DNA from: Candidatus Nomurabacteria bacterium
Lineage (GTDB): Bacteria > Patescibacteriota > Patescibacteriia > HK-STAS-PATE-3
Assembly: GCA_023898465.1 (NCBI GenBank)
Contig: CP060223.1
Coordinates: 928,001 to 992,000 of the forward strand
Direction: 5' to 3'
DNA: 64,000 nt
Shown here piece after piece: positions 62,268 to 64,000 of the stretch. How positions within the stretch are numbered: the stretch's first letter is position 1; each line of letters starts with the position of its first letter. A program made the translations under genes and the position numbers. Under the pieces are notes generated by a model. It had not been told where the DNA came from, searched no databases, and was given only the letters and a program-made list of their open reading frames with translations.

Positions 62268-64000
62268 TTATTTCTTTCCCCACCTACCCCGACCGGGTAG
62301 ATTGGCGTGACTTCGTTTGCCGCGCCGCGCGCGTAGGCTGCTTGTCCGCTTGGTCGGTTTCATTTGCGCGCGCAGTTCACTAATCTGATCGCGCAGCCGG
62401 GCAGCTTTTTCAAATTCCAAATTCCGAGCGGCTAAGTCCATGTGCCCTTCTAGCTCTCGAATAAGTTTAGGCAGCTCCTCGGCCGGGATGTCACCCATGC
62501 TTGGTTCGGGTGTTTCTTCTTCTACGCGTTTTTGGCCCGAGAGGCGATCCTCTTTGATAGCCTTTTTGATTCCTTTTGGAGTGATGCCGTGAGTTGTGTT
62601 GTAGTCCTGCTGGATTTTTCTGCGTCGTTCAGTTTCTTTTATAGCCCGGCGCATCGAGCCAGTCATTTTATCAGCGTACATAATAACGGTGCCATTGATA
62701 TGGCGCGCGGCGCGGCCCATAGTTTGGATGAGGGAGGTTTCAGAACGAAGATAGCCTTCTTTGTCAGCATCCAGAATAGCTACCAGAGAAACTTCTGGCA
62801 GATCGAGCCCTTCCCGCAGCAGGTTAATACCCACCACCACGTCATAGGTGCCAAGCCGTAAGTCACGGAGGATTTCCAATCGCTCCATTGTGTCCACATC
62901 GGCGTGAAGGTAGTGCACCTTAATACGCAGCTCGCGTAAATACTCAGCCAGGTCCTCAGCCATTCGTTTCGTAAGCGTCGTGATGAGGACGCGTTCCTTT
63001 GCGTGAATACGCTTTTCCACCTCTTCAACCAGGTTATCGATCTGATGCTTGGTTGGTCGGATCTCTATCACCGGATCGAGTAAGCCGGTCGGGCGGATAA
63101 CCTGCTCTACCACTTGACTACTGCGCTGTATCTCTAGATCGGTTGGCGTGGCTGAGACGTAAACAGTCTGCCCGGTGCGTTGTTCGAATTCATCTACTCG
63201 CAGCGGTCGGTTATCCAGTGCAGCTGGCAGGCGGAATCCAAAGTTCACCAGGTTTTGTTTGCGTGCTCGATCGCCCTCGTACATCCCGCGGATTTGCGGT
63301 AGGGTAATATGCGACTCATCAATGAAGAGGAGGAAGTCTTTTGGGAAGAAGTCGAGCAAGGTGTAGGGTGGCATGCCAGGTTTGCGGAAGGAGAAAAAGC
63401 GAGAATAATTTTCCACTCCATTGCAATAACCAGTAGCGGCAATCATTTCCATATCAAAGCGAGTGCGCTCTTCTATACGCTGCGCTTCAATCAGCTTATC
63501 GTGCTGTTTAAACCACTGCACGCGCTCGACCATTTCAGCTTCAATAGCCTGGAGAATCTCTTTTATTTTGTCTTTAGGAGTGACAAAGAGGCGAGCCGGA
63601 TAAATAGTGGTGGACTGCATAGTTTCGAGCGCATCACCGCTCAGAGGGTCGAGCTCAACAATGCGGTCAATCTCATTTCCAAAGAAGCTCACTCGCAAAC
63701 CGGTTTCTGCGTAGGCTGGATACACATCCACTGTATCGCCACGCACCCGGAAAGTACCGCGCCGGAAATCCTGCTCATTTCGCTGGTACAGGTTTTCTAC
63801 CAGCTGCTTCTGAAAATCATAGGGCGCTAATTGTTTTCCAAGCTTTAGGTCAATCGCAACACCTTGATATTCCTCTGGTGAACCAATACCGTAGATGCAA
63901 GAAACAGAGGCGACGATGATAACATCTTTGCGAGTGAGTAAGTCACGCGTGGCTGCATTGCGCAATCGTTCAATCTCCTCGTTAATTTGTGTTTCCTTTT
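62268..64000 (-). CDS. uvrB: excinuclease ABC subunit B, C-terminal ~575 aa (N-terminus beyond window end)
   Basis: Helicase motifs (DESHIT…, …[10 protein letters not shown]…), and a C-terminal UVR motif [16 protein letters not shown]. The frame continues open to base 64000. Confidence 0.85.
   Translation of the reverse strand, partial: KETQINEEIERLRNAATRDLLTRKDVIIVASVSCIYGIGSPEEYQGVAIDLKLGKQLAPYDFQKQLVENLYQRNEQDFRRGTFRVRGDTVDVYPAYAETGLRVSFFGNEIDRIVELDPLSGDALETMQSTTIYPARLFVTPKDKIKEILQAIEAEMVERVQWFKQHDKLIEAQRIEERTRFDMEMIAATGYCNGVENYSRFFSFRKPGMPPYTLLDFFPKDFLLFIDESHITLPQIRGMYEGDRARKQNLVNFGFRLPAALDNRPLRVDEFEQRTGQTVYVSATPTDLEIQRSSQVVEQVIRPTGLLDPVIEIRPTKHQIDNLVEEVEKRIHAKERVLITTLTKRMAEDLAEYLRELRIKVHYLHADVDTMERLEILRDLRLGTYDVVVGINLLREGLDLPEVSLVAILDADKEGYLRSETSLIQTMGRAARHINGTVIMYADKMTGSMRRAIKETERRRKIQQDYNTTHGITPKGIKKAIKEDRLSGQKRVEEETPEPSMGDIPAEELPKLIRELEGHMDLAARNLEFEKAARLRDQISELRAQMKPTKRTSSLRARRGKRSHANLPGRGRWGKK

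Noticed and set aside
1-64000. CRISPR arrays, tRNA/rRNA genes, transposases or integrases
   Set aside because: I scanned intergenic regions for regularly spaced direct repeats, tRNA T-arm signatures (GTTCGAATCC-like) and recombinase motifs, and found none. The repeats present are coding paralogs or terminator cassettes.

Overview
This 64 kb window reads as the chromosomal origin region of a small-genome bacterium. A Patescibacteria/CPR-like origin is my inference, resting on the short YidC, the abundance of T4SS-pilin-like two-TM proteins, the GH57/GT5 glucan genes and the sparse pathway content. Protein families were recognised by reading motifs in the supplied translations. No database search was run, so family assignments are inferences unless a motif is quoted.

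Origin and housekeeping genes:
- The origin core runs dnaA, dnaN, a DUF721/DciA-position gene, then rpmH-rnpA-yidD-yidC. DnaA-box clusters sit in both intergenic regions flanking dnaA.
- Other housekeeping genes are tyrS, valS (with a putative T-box leader), tsaE, tsaD, nrnA, polA, holA, rpsT, a partial uvrB, yebC-ruvC, xth, a class A PBP and a PilB/GspE ATPase.

Accessory modules, in order along the window:
1. A tandem array of five VirB2/TrbC-type (T4SS-pilin-like) small membrane proteins at 1941-4725. Each has its own promoter and terminator. The DNA is near-identical between copies, and the extracellular C-terminal tails are Thr/Asn-rich (NTTANVTT). The first member is fused to a Cys-rich ectodomain with a peptidoglycan-binding-like segment.
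2. A polyprenol-phosphate-sugar-type glycosylation locus at 4810-13147, immediately adjacent to the pilin array and a solute-binding protein. It holds a DUF2079 protein, three large GT-C-like polytopic membrane proteins, a Dpm1-like GT2 and a PGI/PMI, with GalU upstream. I hypothesise a pilin or surface glycosylation system.
3. An alpha-glucan cluster at 14484-23128: GH15, two GlgA, two GH57 (one carrying a C-terminal UVR motif), an APH-like kinase and a GalT-like HIT enzyme with a poly-Lys tail.
4. Four or five visibly GC-richer islands at about 23.1-24.5, 25.7-28.0, 44.5-45.7, 47.3-49.4 and 60.0-60.4 kb. They are wedged between conserved housekeeping genes, encode signal-peptide or two-TM proteins of unknown function, and carry strongly conserved terminator cassettes repeated behind neighbouring genes.
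5. A cell-surface gene cluster at 49.5-57.2 kb: a membrane-anchored LTD-PKD-LTD-OB-fold protein, a beta-helix protein, an FN3 plus seven-bladed FG-GAP propeller protein, a shared Cys-rich module, a prenyltransferase-like alpha/alpha-toroid protein and a CPBP intramembrane protease.

I recognised no CRISPR array, tRNA, rRNA, transposase or integrase.
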